From a virus, in the IMG/VR virus record IMGVR_UViG_3300042691_043155, positions 2,644 to 66,643 of that record: a DNA stretch of 64,000 bases; one strand, written 5' to 3'. Of the stretch, positions 63,643-64,000 are shown one piece after another. Below the pieces are notes generated by a model. That model did not search any database, was not told where the DNA came from, and saw nothing but the letters and a program-made list of their open reading frames with translations. Numbering within the stretch: the stretch's first letter is position 1; each line of letters opens with the position of its first letter. A program made the translations under genes and the position numbers.

Positions 63643-64000
63643 GATAACTGATATTGCTAGAGCAATTTTTCAAAAAAGAAGTGAATGGTCAAATATAACG
63701 GATGAAGATAAAATCAAGTGGTTTTTTATATTCAATCGATATTTTTCTAAAATTTACCCTGATAAAGCACAACTTTTAAATCTAAAGAATATAGACAAAG
63801 TAATGGCTATGGATATTTGGTATCATTTTATGAAAACTGAGCCTTATCCAGATAATTTTTGGAGTAAGACACCCAAAGTTGAAAAAGATATTCCAGATAA
63901 AGATTGGAAGATGCTTAAAAAACATCTTAAAGTAAAAGAAGAAGATTTAGATTACTTAATCAATAAATTTCCAGATTTTATAAAAGAAGAGTTAAGTTAT
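63635..64000 (+). CDS. Partial ORF, possible clamp-loader small subunit (gp62-like)
   Basis: MAEITDIARAIFQKR..FFIFNRYFS..AQLLN..MAMDIWY..FWSK; runs off window; family call from weak pattern only. Confidence 0.45.
   Translation, partial: MAEITDIARAIFQKRSEWSNITDEDKIKWFFIFNRYFSKIYPDKAQLLNLKNIDKVMAMDIWYHFMKTEPYPDNFWSKTPKVEKDIPDKDWKMLKKHLKVKEEDLDYLINKFPDFIKEELSY

Noticed and set aside
1-64000. Genome-wide TAG reassignment (code 15)
   Set aside because: All long conserved genes are intact under code 11 and several ORFs end at TAG at sensible positions; only one internal TAG was found
1-64000. Bacterial chromosome (dnaK, prkA, coaD, cca)
   Set aside because: T4-like topoisomerase and RNase H, many free-standing homing endonucleases, dense short ORFans and lack of housekeeping operons point to a large phage

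Overview
AT-rich, gene-dense segment of what appears to be a jumbo/mega-phage genome with T4-like replication genes (type II topoisomerase subunits, RNase H/flap nuclease, possible clamp-loader subunit). Repeated TTTG-N~19-TAnnTTTG promoters indicate a Bacteroidota host. It carries host-like genes (dnaK 3' end, prkA/yeaG-yeaH-spoVR, uvsE, dCMP deaminase, class III cyclase, rhomboid, patatin, Hsp20), seven intact free-standing homing endonuclease genes plus one broken nuclease gene, and 12 tRNA/tRNA-like genes. The most unusual feature is a candidate translational-recoding toolkit: (i) four tRNA-Glu-like genes with a conserved 8-nt anticodon loop (possible quadruplet/+1 decoders), three with extra GNRA hairpins in the D-loop; (ii) an amber-suppressor tRNA(CUA) 1.5 kb from a gene with an in-frame TAG at codon 4; (iii) CCA-less tRNAs together with a CCA-adding enzyme split in two by an endonuclease gene. 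Two short peptide tags recur on unrelated proteins: an N-terminal MK(Y/H/N)(I/L)K(K/R/T)(F/Y)(N)E motif (about 21 ORFs, resembling the T4 capsid-targeting sequence and linked to a TTAATATATA putative late promoter) and a C-terminal R-(D/E/N)-x-(K/R)-(L/I)-x-x-(L/I) motif (about 25 ORFs). All calls come from reading motifs by eye; no database searches were run.
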